Shown piece after piece: positions 1 to 9,405 of a stretch of 64,000 bases of DNA. Positions within the stretch are counted from its first letter, which is position 1. The number at the start of each line of letters is the position of its first letter. The notes beneath the pieces are model-generated. The model was not told the origin of the DNA, made no database searches, and saw only the letters and a list, made by a program, of their open reading frames with translations. The translations under genes were made by a program, and so were the position numbers. The stretch comes from an uncultured Candidatus Saccharibacteria bacterium (GTDB lineage: Bacteria; Patescibacteriota; Andersenbacteria; UBA10190), in NCBI GenBank assembly GCA_964359735.1, contig CAYHTZ010000005.1, forward strand, positions 3,882 through 67,881, read 5' to 3'.

Positions 1-1
1 T

Positions 2-1069
2 CAATTAACACGGCTGGCCCAAACCTTGGCTAAAGCAGAACTGGAGCTCAAGCAAACTCAACTCAACATCGAGGCAGTTCAAGATGAAAGCGAGCGGACC
101 ACGCGTTCCATTGAAGAAATCGAGCGCAATATTGTGAGCAAACGCCAGCAGCTGCGCAGTCTCTTTCGCAAATTATATGAAGAAGAGCAGAAGTCATTTC
201 TCAGCCTATTGCTCAGCTCGCAAAGTATCAGCGAGGTCCTAGCCGAGAGGTCGGCGTACGAAAAGATTCAGGCGCAAACTGCGGCTCTCGTCAGCGAGCT
301 CCAGGGCGAACTCGCGACGTTAGAAAAGGAAAAACAGGCGCTGGAAGTGCAACAGGCTGACTTAACCGAGCTCTCCGGGCTGCTTGAGGCCCAGCAAGCG
401 GGGATTGAGCAGCAGCGTTCCGTTCAAAAACAATTTTTAGCAGCCAAGCGGGGCGAACAAGCTACCTTTGATAATCTTTTAGCCGAAGCCCGCGCTGCTC
501 GCCAAGAAATCGAGCAAAATCTCTATAATCTAAAAGGCACTGGGGTCGAGCTCACCTTAACCGCTGCGAATGACATGGCGACCTTTGCAGGCAAACTTAC
601 CGGCGTGCGCCCCGCGCTGCTCTTGGCAGTCCTCAAGGTAGAATCCAATGTTGGTGCCAACGTGGGGAGCGGGAAGTTTCCCGATGATATGCACCCAGAC
701 AGCCGCGAGCCCTTCCTCCGCATTACACAAAAGTTAAAACTAGACCCGGCGGCCGCTCCTATCTCTGCCAGGCCGAGGAGCTACAGCGGCTGGGGAGGTG
801 CCATGGGCCCGGCTCAAATCATGCCCGAGACCTGGGAGCGTATCGAGGGCCGCGTAAGCTCCTTGATGGGCAAGCCGGCCCCGAACCCCTACGAGCTAAC
901 CGATGCCTTCGTGGCCACAGCGCTGCTCTTGGCTGACAAGGGGGCGGGGAATCCTGCCCAAGAATACGAAGCCGTCAACCGGTACTTAGCCGGCCCCAAC
1001 TGGCAGCGCTTTACATGGTATGGGGACCGGGTGCTGGCGGTGGCAAAGGAGTACGAAAAAGAAATATAA
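2..1069 (+). CDS. coiled-coil protein with C-terminal lytic-transglycosylase (SLT-like) domain; 5' end probably lies outside the window
   Basis: Reading frame is open from the window edge (no stop upstream of the TTG at 26). N-terminal ~190 aa is Q/E/L-rich heptad-like sequence. C-terminal part carries LLLAVLKVESN (catalytic E-S) and GPAQIMPETW plus YLAG, resembling SLT family motifs. Confidence 0.55.
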   Translation, partial: QLTRLAQTLAKAELELKQTQLNIEAVQDESERTTRSIEEIERNIVSKRQQLRSLFRKLYEEEQKSFLSLLLSSQSISEVLAERSAYEKIQAQTAALVSELQGELATLEKEKQALEVQQADLTELSGLLEAQQAGIEQQRSVQKQFLAAKRGEQATFDNLLAEARAARQEIEQNLYNLKGTGVELTLTAANDMATFAGKLTGVRPALLLAVLKVESNVGANVGSGKFPDDMHPDSREPFLRITQKLKLDPAAAPISARPRSYSGWGGAMGPAQIMPETWERIEGRVSSLMGKPAPNPYELTDAFVATALLLADKGAGNPAQEYEAVNRYLAGPNWQRFTWYGDRVLAVAKEYEKEI

Positions 1070-1383
1070 TGAAACTGATTTTTGCCGCCAGCGCTACTTT
1101 GAATGCACTGCTGTGGGCCGCCGCACTGTGGCTGTTTCCGAAAGGAGACCCGGCCACCATTCTGCACTACAGCCCGATTGTGGGAGTTGACTTTATTGGA
1201 AGCGGCCGGCAGATTTACATCCTCCCGCTCTCCGGTCTGCTGGTGCTGGGCGGGAACGCTACGCTAGCTCTCCTCGTGAGGAAAGCTTCGGCGCGCGCCA
1301 GTGCTATCCTGTGGATAGCACTGCTCATTATTCAAATCATTTTGATTTTATCATTCATCATTCTGTGGCGACTCAATCGCTAG
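1069..1383 (+). CDS. small hydrophobic membrane protein (hypothetical)
   Basis: ATG at 1069 overlaps the upstream TAA (TAATG). Product has three predicted TM helices. Overlaps the start of the downstream GT2 ORF by ~70 nt, so one of the two starts may be wrong. Confidence 0.3.
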   Translation: MKLIFAASATLNALLWAAALWLFPKGDPATILHYSPIVGVDFIGSGRQIYILPLSGLLVLGGNATLALLVRKASARASAILWIALLIIQIILILSFIILWRLNR

Positions 1384-2897
1384 TAGATTTTCAGTTTGAA
1401 CTTGACCTCCGGGAATTACGCCAGAGGATATGGCAAGTTATTCCTGGCTTGCTCTCTTGGACCACGCTCATTGGGCTAACCGTGCTGGCTTTTTGGTTGC
1501 CGTTTTGGATTGCCATTTTTGTCATTGTCTATGATGTCTATATTTTGATTCGCGCTGTCTACATGTCTATTCACCTGGTGTATGCGTACAACAAACTGAA
1601 GCGCTCCTCGAGCACGCCCTGGCGGAAAAAACTGGAAGATCTGCCAACCCAGGAGGTAGATTGGCGCAATGTTCATCATTTTATTGTCTTGCCCACCTAC
1701 GATGAGGAGATGGAAGTCCTCCGGGGGTCCATACGAGCGCTCGCGGGGAGCGACTTCCCCTTATCTCAGATGCATGTGGTAGTGGGGTTTGAAGAGCGGA
1801 GTGGTGAGGACGCGCGCTCCCGGGCCGCCGCCTTGCATGAAGAATTCGACCATGTCTTCGGAACATTCATGACCACTTTTCACCCGGACGGTTCACCCGG
1901 AGAGCGGCGCGTGAAGAGTGCCAATGCCACCTGGGCTCTGCGCCGGCTGGAAGAGAAGACAGCGCCTCTGGACATTCCGGTGCGCCATATTTTGGTGAGT
2001 AACTTTGACAGCGATACGGTTGTTCACGGTAATTATTTCTCGTACCTGACACATGTTTTTATCACGCACCCTGACCGCTACCATGTGAGCTACCAGCCGA
2101 TTCCTCTCTACAATAATAATCTCTGGGATGCGCCTGCATTTTCGCGCGTGATTGCCACCGGCTCCACATTTTGGCAGCTGATTGAGTCGACTCGTCCCGA
2201 ACGTCTCGTTACCTTCTCCAGCCACTCCATGACCTTACAAGCCTTGCATGATGTTGGATATTGGCAGCGTGATATTGTCTCCGAGGACTCGCGCATCTTC
2301 TGGCAGTGCCTTTTGCGTTACAACGATCGTTACCGTACCGAGCCTCTCTACACTACCGTCTCCATGGATGCGGCGCTGACTCCCACGCTGCCTCGGACGC
2401 TCGTGAGCCAATACCGCCAACAACGGCGGTGGGCCTGGGGAATTGAGAATTTTCCGTATTTAGTCGAAGGTTTCATCAGTAACAAGAGCATCCCCTGGCG
2501 CCGCAAGGCGATGTATCTCTTCCGAACGTTGGAAGGGCACTACTCCTGGGCTACGGCGCCTATTATTGTGGCGGGCTTAGGGTGGCTGCCCATTCTTTTT
2601 GGTGGACCGGAATTTCATACCACCGTATTGTCCTACAGTTTGCCGTTTATCACGCGCACTCTTATGACCGCGGCTATGTTTGGGTTGGTGATTTCAGCGA
2701 GCATCGCCTTCATGTTGCTCCCCCAGAAGCCTGAACGTGTGAGGCCGTGGCGGTATGGCGGTATGGTGCTACAGTGGGCGCTGGTACCTGTGATGGCCAC
2801 TGTGCTTTCTGCTTTTCCGGCACTGGACGCTGAAACCCGCTTGATGCTCGGCCGGGACCTTAACTTTCACGTCATGCAAAAAACGCGCCGTGTTTGA
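1311..2897 (+). CDS. processive family-2 glycosyltransferase (cellulose/chitin/NodC-like synthase), membrane-embedded
   Basis: N-terminal TM helices; central GT-A region with acidic motifs (YDEE, SDTVVH); hallmark Q-Q-R-R-W (QxxRW) motif; C-terminal multi-TM region. Start codon is uncertain because it overlaps the upstream small ORF. Confidence 0.7.
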   Translation: MDSTAHYSNHFDFIIHHSVATQSLVDFQFELDLRELRQRIWQVIPGLLSWTTLIGLTVLAFWLPFWIAIFVIVYDVYILIRAVYMSIHLVYAYNKLKRSSSTPWRKKLEDLPTQEVDWRNVHHFIVLPTYDEEMEVLRGSIRALAGSDFPLSQMHVVVGFEERSGEDARSRAAALHEEFDHVFGTFMTTFHPDGSPGERRVKSANATWALRRLEEKTAPLDIPVRHILVSNFDSDTVVHGNYFSYLTHVFITHPDRYHVSYQPIPLYNNNLWDAPAFSRVIATGSTFWQLIESTRPERLVTFSSHSMTLQALHDVGYWQRDIVSEDSRIFWQCLLRYNDRYRTEPLYTTVSMDAALTPTLPRTLVSQYRQQRRWAWGIENFPYLVEGFISNKSIPWRRKAMYLFRTLEGHYSWATAPIIVAGLGWLPILFGGPEFHTTVLSYSLPFITRTLMTAAMFGLVISASIAFMLLPQKPERVRPWRYGGMVLQWALVPVMATVLSAFPALDAETRLMLGRDLNFHVMQKTRRV

Positions 2898-3858
2898 CCT
2901 GCGTCTCCTCTCCGCCTCTCATTTCATATTTCTGTTACTAAGTTTCGCAGTGGGCTTCGCAGTCTTGCTGCGCTGGCACACAAAATTTGCCGGCATTATT
3001 CCCGCCACCGTGGCAACGATCCTGAGCGTTGTATTCTTGGGAAATACTATTTTAAGCGTCGGGCTGCTCTTGGCCTACGCGGTCATTGTGATAGTTGGCC
3101 GGGCTGACGAAAAAGAACCGCTTTCCCCGGCTGCTCAACTTTTCTGGCAGTTACTCGTGAGCGTCATCCTGGTGGTGTGCGGTTGGAATATTCCGTATGT
3201 GAGCAACCCTCTGGGATCCGGGGTGATTGAGCTCGGCGCCTTAAGTTTCCCCCTGACCGTTGCCTGGATCATGCTCATGATGAATGCTATGAACTGGCTC
3301 GATGGCGTCGATGGCTTGGCTGCCTTAGTTGGGAGCATTGGCTTCATCACGTTAGCAGCCGTGAGCGCTTTACCAGCCACGCAAGACACAGCTACTCTCG
3401 GCTTGGCGCTCGTGGGCGCTGGGGCATTCGCAGGTTTCTTTTTACACAATGCTCCGCCGGCTCGCTTTTATTTGGGTACCGTGGGCAGCTGGTTTTTGGG
3501 AGCTTTCTTAGCACTGACGGCTGCTTTCGGCGGGGGAAAAGTAGCCACCGCTACCCTGGTGTTAGCATTGCCGGTACTCGACGCATTCTTTGTCATCGGC
3601 CAGCGGCTGCTCTCGCGGCAAAAACCGTGGCAAGGAGATAAGAAACATCTTCACTTTCGCCTCGCCTCGCTCGGGTGGAAAGTGCCGCACATTGTTCTCG
3701 CCTCAGGGGTTGTATCGGCCACCTTAGGAGTAATCGCCGTGACCGCCCAAACGAGGGAGAAGCTCTGGGTGCTCGGTATAGTTGCTTTGTTTCTCTTACT
3801 CACTATACTGAGCCTGTTATATCTAACCTATGCGGGCCGGAAAACTGCTCATCGCTAG
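2890..3858 (+). CDS. MraY/WecA-family polyprenyl-phosphate N-acetylhexosamine-1-phosphate transferase (GT4 family)
   Basis: Polytopic membrane protein carrying the family signature NAMNWLDGVDGLAA. 8-nt overlap with the upstream GT2 gene suggests co-translation as a glycan-synthesis pair. Confidence 0.7.
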   Translation: MFDLRLLSASHFIFLLLSFAVGFAVLLRWHTKFAGIIPATVATILSVVFLGNTILSVGLLLAYAVIVIVGRADEKEPLSPAAQLFWQLLVSVILVVCGWNIPYVSNPLGSGVIELGALSFPLTVAWIMLMMNAMNWLDGVDGLAALVGSIGFITLAAVSALPATQDTATLGLALVGAGAFAGFFLHNAPPARFYLGTVGSWFLGAFLALTAAFGGGKVATATLVLALPVLDAFFVIGQRLLSRQKPWQGDKKHLHFRLASLGWKVPHIVLASGVVSATLGVIAVTAQTREKLWVLGIVALFLLLTILSLLYLTYAGRKTAHR

Positions 3859-4393
3859 TTTGACAGGGGTTCTGATTATTGTGGGAGGAATATTGCTGAT
3901 CCTGAGAACCCCCTCTAGCTCCCCCTTGTCAGGGGGAGAGATTTCTTCTTCTCCTTTACCCTCCCTTGATAAGGGGAGGCTGGGAGGGGTTTCTGGAGAA
4001 ACCGTCTGCCCTGATTTCCAGGAAGGGGAAGTCACAGTGGGGGAGGTAGAACTTACCGTATCGCTAGCTAATACCCAGGCGGAGAAGACCAAAGGCCTCT
4101 CGGGCTGCAGCGAACTGCCTGAAAAAGCCGGCATGCTGTTTCCCTATAAACCCGCCAAAACCGTGACCTTTTGGATGAAAAATATGGTTATGCCCATCGA
4201 CATCGTCTGGATCCACGAAGGCCGGGTAATTGGGATCGAGCCCAATATTCCTGCTCCGACACCGGGTGTCCCCGAGAAAGAGCTGCCTCAATACGCCTCT
4301 CCGGGAAGCGTAGATGCTGTTCTCGAAATCAAAGCCGGAGGTGCTGAGGAATACGGCATTGTACAAGGCACTGAAATTTCTTGGAATAATTGA
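3830..4393 (+). CDS. DUF192 (COG1430) family protein with N-terminal signal-anchor; carries an in-frame palindromic repeat insertion
   Basis: N-terminal TM (LIASLTGVLIIVGGILLIL). C-terminal region matches DUF192 (MLFPYKPAKTVTFWMKNMVMPIDIVWI). Residues ~25-55 (SSSPLSGGEISSSPLPSLDKGRLGGVSG) are encoded by repeat copy A. Confidence 0.6.
   Translation: MRAGKLLIASLTGVLIIVGGILLILRTPSSSPLSGGEISSSPLPSLDKGRLGGVSGETVCPDFQEGEVTVGEVELTVSLANTQAEKTKGLSGCSELPEKAGMLFPYKPAKTVTFWMKNMVMPIDIVWIHEGRVIGIEPNIPAPTPGVPEKELPQYASPGSVDAVLEIKAGGAEEYGIVQGTEISWNN
3906..3993 (+). repeat. MITE/RPE-like palindromic repeat, copy A (orientation as copy D), in-frame inside CDS
   Basis: gaaccccct...cccccttgtcaggggga...ccctcccttgataaggggagg...gggaggggtttc. 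Two internal hairpins and terminal inverted repeats (GAAACCCC / GGGGTTTC) shared with copies at 40964, 58185 and 62403. Confidence 0.8.
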
Positions 4394-4447
4394 CAATCAA
4401 TTTGAAATCCTCTACACATTACGCATTACTCATCACGCGTTACTTTT

Positions 4448-4765
4448 ATGAAATTGGCCGTTATTAAAACAGGTGGCAAGCAGTACCTCGTGGGGGAGGG
4501 AACAAAAGTGAAGGTGGAAAAGCTCTCTCAGAAGGAGGGCAAAGCCGTCGCCTTTCCCGATGTACTCATGACGGTCACGGACAAGGCCGTAACTTTGGGC
4601 GAACCTGATGTAGATGCCGCCAAGGTAGAAGGCAAAGTTGTGCGCCACGGTCGCCGCGAGAAGGTCTTTGGCGTCAAAATGAAAGCCAAGAAACGCGAAC
4701 GCAAATACTTCGGTCACAAGCAGTGGTTCACTGAGGTTGAAATTACGAAAATTACTACTCGTTAA
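4448..4765 (+). CDS. rplU: 50S ribosomal protein L21
   Basis: MKLAVIKTGGKQYLVGEG... is a typical L21 N-terminus; length 105 aa. Confidence 0.9.
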   Translation: MKLAVIKTGGKQYLVGEGTKVKVEKLSQKEGKAVAFPDVLMTVTDKAVTLGEPDVDAAKVEGKVVRHGRREKVFGVKMKAKKRERKYFGHKQWFTEVEITKITTR

Positions 4766-5379
4766 TCGCGAGCAGTTTCCAGAACTTTCCGGCCCTCAAA
4801 CGCGGCGCCAAGGGTGAGAGCATCAGCGAATTCAATATCGCCTCCAGTAGGCAGCCCTCTAGCGAGCCGACTCACGGTGATGCCTTTATTCGGCAAGTGC
4901 TTCAGAATGTGCCGCGCCGTCGCCTCGCCTTCTAAATTTTGATCCAGCGCAATGATCAATTCTTCCAGAGAAGGCGCCGTGAGCCGGCGGGTTAGCTCTT
5001 CCAACGTTAGTTGCTCCGGCCCGATACCCTCCAGCGGGGAAAGCCCACCCCCCAGGACATGGTACAAGCCATGGTAGATATTCGTTTTCTCAATCGCTTC
5101 TACATCCAGCGGGTCTTCCACCACGCACAGCCGCCTCATATCCCGCGTGGCATCGCCACATATGGTACAGAGCTCCTTCTCCGCTAAGTTGAAGCACTGC
5201 TTACAAATGCGGACGTTCAGATGCAGGTTCTTGAGCGTTTGCGCAAATCGGTTTACCACCACAGATGGTTGCCGCAGGAGATGAATAGACAGGCGCTGCG
5301 CTGTTTTAGGGCCGATTCCGGGCAGCCGCCGGAGTTCCTCGCTTAAATCCCGCACCGCTTTAGGCAATGTGGAAGGCAT
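4762..5379 (-). CDS. recR: recombination protein RecR
   Basis: N-terminal helix-hairpin-helix LPGIGPKTAQRL; C4 zinc finger CKQC...CTIC; Toprim region; ~200 aa. Confidence 0.9.
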   Translation of the reverse strand: MPSTLPKAVRDLSEELRRLPGIGPKTAQRLSIHLLRQPSVVVNRFAQTLKNLHLNVRICKQCFNLAEKELCTICGDATRDMRRLCVVEDPLDVEAIEKTNIYHGLYHVLGGGLSPLEGIGPEQLTLEELTRRLTAPSLEELIIALDQNLEGEATARHILKHLPNKGITVSRLARGLPTGGDIEFADALTLGAAFEGRKVLETARD

Positions 5380-5446
5380 AAAGCCAGTCTAGCTGACTCC
5401 CCGGTGAGTGTCACCAGTAGGTGACTCTCCCGGGGTGTTAGTGGGT

Positions 5447-6859
5447 TTAAGCAGCAACTGTTTCCTCCGCCGGAATCTGTGCGTCGCTGTAGAACTCCTC
5501 TGGCTCCGCGAATGTGACCTGGCTGGTATGGAAGCGCAGGCTGACATCCCCCGTGGGTCCATTGCGATGCTTTTCAATCAGAAGATCTAAGTCTACCGCG
5601 GCCGATGCTTCTTCACCATTCCCCGGCTGGCGGTGGAGAAACATGACGATATCGGCGTCTTGTTCGATACTTCCGCTCTCACGCAAATCAGAAAGCTTAG
5701 GCCGCTGATCGACTCTCATCTCAATCGAGCGGTTAAGCTGAGAAAGCGCGATGATCGGCACATTCAGCTCAATAGCCAGCTTCTTGAGACTGCGGGAGAT
5801 ATCCGATACTTCCTGTACTCGGTTATCTTGATACCGGCTCGATTCCATGAGCTGCAAATAATCAATAACCAGTAATCCCAATCCAAATTCGGCTTGCAGC
5901 CGCCGCGCCATCGTGCGCATACCCATCACGTTGTTGGAAGCGTGATCATCGATGTAAATAGGGAGTTGGCTGAGTTCTCCCATCGCTTGTCCTAAACGGG
6001 AGAAGTCATCGAATTCCTCTGCTCCTGATTCCAACCGCCCAGTCCTAAGCTTCCAAAGATCGACATGGGCGTGAGCAGCTAAGAGCCGGTCTACCAGCTG
6101 GTCGCGCGACATTTCCAGGCTGAAAATCCCCACCGGCGTACCCGCACTCGCGGCGTGCCTCGCAAAATCGAGAGCCAATGTGCTTTTACCCACGCTCGGG
6201 CGTGCTGCCAATACAATCAAATCAGACTTCTGCCACCCGGCGAGCTTGAGATCCAGCTGCTTGAAGCCTGTGGGCACCCCGCGCAGGGCTGATTCACCCT
6301 TCTGCAACTTGTCGATACGGGCAAAGGCGTCCTCCAATGCTTCAGAGAGCCGGGTAAACTTTTGGTGCTTGTAATCCTTCGATACGGAAAACAGCGTCTG
6401 CTCTGCGCTATCTAACGTAGTTTGTACGTCATCCGCCTCAGTAAACCCCATTTCGGTTATATCGGCCGCGGCCGATATAAGCCGGCGCCGCGTCGCTGTG
6501 CCTTGCACGATCCGTGCGTAGTGGACCACGTGTCCGGCCGTAGGCACCACTGTGGCTAAGTGGGTGACAGCCACTTCTCCTCCCACTTCTTCAAGCTCCC
6601 CGCGCTCTTTCAGGCGGTGAATCACCGACAGCACGTCGATCGGCTCGCCCGAGTTATACAATTCCACCATCGCGGCATAGATAGTTTGGTGACGCGTCTT
6701 ATAAAAATCTTCGGCGCCCAAAAAATCGGCAATTTTTACGATGGCATTCTTGTCTACCATAAGGCTGCCCAGCACAGATTCTTCCGCCTCGTAGCTATGC
6801 GGGGGAATACGCAAGCCTTCGGACATTTCTTTCATTTTGGACATACGGCCTCGTCTCAT
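5447..6859 (-). CDS. dnaB: replicative DNA helicase DnaB
   Basis: N-terminal PPHSYEAEESVLGSLM; Walker A GARPSVGKST; LLVIDYLQLM motif. True start may be the ATG for MSKMKEM about 15 nt downstream of the called start. Confidence 0.9.
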   Translation of the reverse strand: MRRGRMSKMKEMSEGLRIPPHSYEAEESVLGSLMVDKNAIVKIADFLGAEDFYKTRHQTIYAAMVELYNSGEPIDVLSVIHRLKERGELEEVGGEVAVTHLATVVPTAGHVVHYARIVQGTATRRRLISAAADITEMGFTEADDVQTTLDSAEQTLFSVSKDYKHQKFTRLSEALEDAFARIDKLQKGESALRGVPTGFKQLDLKLAGWQKSDLIVLAARPSVGKSTLALDFARHAASAGTPVGIFSLEMSRDQLVDRLLAAHAHVDLWKLRTGRLESGAEEFDDFSRLGQAMGELSQLPIYIDDHASNNVMGMRTMARRLQAEFGLGLLVIDYLQLMESSRYQDNRVQEVSDISRSLKKLAIELNVPIIALSQLNRSIEMRVDQRPKLSDLRESGSIEQDADIVMFLHRQPGNGEEASAAVDLDLLIEKHRNGPTGDVSLRFHTSQVTFAEPEEFYSDAQIPAEETVAA

Positions 6860-6924
6860 AGGGAAGGATGGTACCCCTCACTATACGCTGTCCGAATCTT
6901 CCTTGCGAGTGGATAAGGTGTGCA

Positions 6925-8349
6925 TTATCCCTTCATTACCCTGGGTCCGGTGCCGGTGTCTTCTACACGATACCCTTTGGCTTCAATGGCGCCCCGCAGT
7001 TCATCCGCCCGGTCAAATTGCTTGTTTTGGCGAGCTGTCTCACGCGCTTCCGCAAGCTGCTTGATCTCCTCTGGAATAGTTTCACCCTCAATCTCTGCTT
7101 CAAGTGGGGCTACCACGCCGACGACCTTATCAAGACGACGAAGGGTCGCTAATACCTCCCCAACAAAATCTGGAGAGGTATAAAAAGAATCAGGCATGCT
7201 ATTTGAGACACTAATAAAGTTTAGAAGGGCGGCAAGTGCACTGGGCGTGTTTAAATCATCTGCGATATGTCTGGAGAATAGAAGGATTGTCTTTTCATCA
7301 GCTTGAGCCGTCTTTGCGCTAACTTCTTTAAGTCGACGTAATAGTTGTTTAATGCTGTCTAGATTTTTTTGAGCTTGATGCATTGCCTCCCAGGAAAAAT
7401 CCAGGGGCGTGCGGTAGTGGCCGCCAAACACCAGCAAGCGGAAGGCGAGAGGGGAGAACCCTTTTTCTTTCAGCGAGTCCACTGTGAGCTGCTCGCCAGC
7501 GCGCTTCGCAAGCTTCTGCCCCTGTAATTTTAGGAAGGCATTATGCATCCACAGACGCACGAACGGCTTGCCGGTGGCCCCTTCTGATTGCGCGATTTCG
7601 TTCTCATGGTGGGGGAAACGGTTGTCTTCGCCGCCGGTGTGGATATCGATTTCACTGTCGAGGTACTTCATACTCATCGCAGAACACTCGATATGCCAGC
7701 CGGGGTAGCCCTTGCCCCAGGGTGAATCCCATTGCTGCAGGTGAGTGGGGTCATTCAGCTTCCACAAGGCGAAGTCGGCCGGATGCCTTTTTTCTTCCCG
7801 CACCTCTACCCGAGCCCCCGCGGCGATTTTTTCTAACGTATTACCCGAAAGTTTTCCGTACTCCGGAAAAGACTTCACGTCAAAATAGATTCCGCTCGGT
7901 GTCTGATACGCATGGCCGCGCGCCAGCAGCGCCTTCGTTATCTCAATCATCTCCGGAATATGCTGTGTCGCGCGCGGGTAGAGGTGGGCAGGTTGAATGT
8001 TAAGCGCGGATAAATCTTGAAAGTATTCTTGCGTAACCTGCTCAGCAATTTGCGCGGGCGTGCGTTTTTGTTCCTTCGCTGTTTTCTCTAACTTATCCTC
8101 GCCGGCATCAATATCATCCTGAGTGAGGTGGCCTACGTCTGTAATATTCGTAATGTCGCGCACCTCGTAACCGAAATATTCGAGAGATCGCCGCAGAAAA
8201 TCGGCAAATAAGAACCGGCGCATATTTCCGAGATGGGGGCGTTTGTACACCGTGGGTCCGCAATTATACATACGCACTTTACCACGCTCTTTCGATTGGA
8301 ATGGCTCAACCCTTTTGGTGAGAGAGTTGTAGAAACGTAGTTCAGTCAT
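6925..8349 (-). CDS. cysS: cysteinyl-tRNA synthetase
   Basis: MYNCGPTVY..HLGN (HIGH-class motif) and a KMSKS-like KLSGN; ~474 aa, typical for CysRS. Confidence 0.85.
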   Translation of the reverse strand: MTELRFYNSLTKRVEPFQSKERGKVRMYNCGPTVYKRPHLGNMRRFLFADFLRRSLEYFGYEVRDITNITDVGHLTQDDIDAGEDKLEKTAKEQKRTPAQIAEQVTQEYFQDLSALNIQPAHLYPRATQHIPEMIEITKALLARGHAYQTPSGIYFDVKSFPEYGKLSGNTLEKIAAGARVEVREEKRHPADFALWKLNDPTHLQQWDSPWGKGYPGWHIECSAMSMKYLDSEIDIHTGGEDNRFPHHENEIAQSEGATGKPFVRLWMHNAFLKLQGQKLAKRAGEQLTVDSLKEKGFSPLAFRLLVFGGHYRTPLDFSWEAMHQAQKNLDSIKQLLRRLKEVSAKTAQADEKTILLFSRHIADDLNTPSALAALLNFISVSNSMPDSFYTSPDFVGEVLATLRRLDKVVGVVAPLEAEIEGETIPEEIKQLAEARETARQNKQFDRADELRGAIEAKGYRVEDTGTGPRVMKG

Positions 8350-8470
8350 GAGTGCAGCGTAAATGACCCCTCCCCGGCACTCAAGTGCCGGACCTCCCCT
8401 TCGTAAGGGGCGGCAAATTTGCTCCCCCTGCCGGAGGGGGAGTCGCCGTCTGCGGCGGAAGGGGTGGGAG

Positions 8471-9379
8471 TCAGAATATGCGTTTCCCTCGAAAGCGCCA
8501 CAACGTGGCCACCAGCATCCCCACGGCTGCTATGAAAAGCACCCAAAACACGATCACATCAACTCGGGAGGCATGTACTGCCCGCGGAGAGAAGAAGGGA
8601 TCGACTAAAATCATGATAGGAATGGTCAAGATTGAATATAGGGTAAGCACCCGGAGCAGCTGATTTTCTTTATGCTGGAGCAGCGCATAGTTTGTTTTAC
8701 CTAACTGCTTCACCGCCTCCGCCAGACTCTCCAGAATATCCCACAGCTTCGCCATCTGGGCTGCCTGCCGCCGCCACGCCTCTCGCGAGTCTTCCTGGAC
8801 TAAGGCATGTGTCGGCGCCTCATAAAAAAGCCGCCGCTGAGGCCGGATCACGCGCCGGAAGTCCATCACATCCCGAGTGAGCAGGGCAACTTCCTCTACC
8901 ATTTTTCGCTCATTCCCGTGGAAGACAGCGTCCTCGGCAATTTCAATATGCTTATTGAGTTTTTCCAGCTTATCAAAGGCAGTGGAGAGCAGCCGGCGGA
9001 TGAGGTAGAGCGCCAAGGGGAGAGCCGTTGCACCAAAGTACTCTTCTCGCTGTTCGGCTTGCTTTTCCAGCTCTTCGTAAAGAGAATCCAACACGACCAG
9101 TGGCTCAAAGTGGAGCGTAGAAACAATACCTTCCCGCACCACCAGGTATAGGTTAACTCCCCGCGTCACGCGCTCTACCCGCTGAAACACAGGCACCTGA
9201 ATGAGGATCAGAACATAGCCCGCCCGGGCCACGACTTCTGGCCGCTGCCGTTCTTGCGCAATGAATTCAGCATCCAGCGGCGAAAGGTTGCTTTCTCGCA
9301 CGAACTCAGCCAGCTCCTCGGGAGAAGGCTCGGCTAAAACATGCCACGTTAGCTCTTTTGAGGTAAGCACCCTCCTCAT
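8471..9379 (-). CDS. CorA-like divalent cation transporter family protein (atypical; GMN signature absent)
   Basis: Cytoplasmic N-domain resembling CorA (acidic funnel region) plus two C-terminal TM helices. The loop between the helices reads LVDPFF where canonical CorA has YGMNF. Confidence 0.5.
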   Translation of the reverse strand: MRRVLTSKELTWHVLAEPSPEELAEFVRESNLSPLDAEFIAQERQRPEVVARAGYVLILIQVPVFQRVERVTRGVNLYLVVREGIVSTLHFEPLVVLDSLYEELEKQAEQREEYFGATALPLALYLIRRLLSTAFDKLEKLNKHIEIAEDAVFHGNERKMVEEVALLTRDVMDFRRVIRPQRRLFYEAPTHALVQEDSREAWRRQAAQMAKLWDILESLAEAVKQLGKTNYALLQHKENQLLRVLTLYSILTIPIMILVDPFFSPRAVHASRVDVIVFWVLFIAAVGMLVATLWRFRGKRIF

Positions 9380-9405
9380 GTACTATTGAGTATATCACTT
9401 TTTCT

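Noticed and set aside
523-723. Numerous short antisense or alternative-frame ORFs (e.g. 523-723, 1476-2423 set, 3135-3449, 12057-13570 set, 29171-30204 set, 52597-53379 set)
   Set aside because: All lie inside well-supported longer genes on the other strand or frame and give low-complexity or Arg/Pro/Ser-rich translations typical of out-of-frame reading of GC-rich coding DNA.
5380-5446. Imperfect hairpin between the dnaB stop and the recR start as a distinct regulatory element
   Set aside because: Stem is interrupted and short. Likely a weak terminator or spacer, not compelling enough to annotate.
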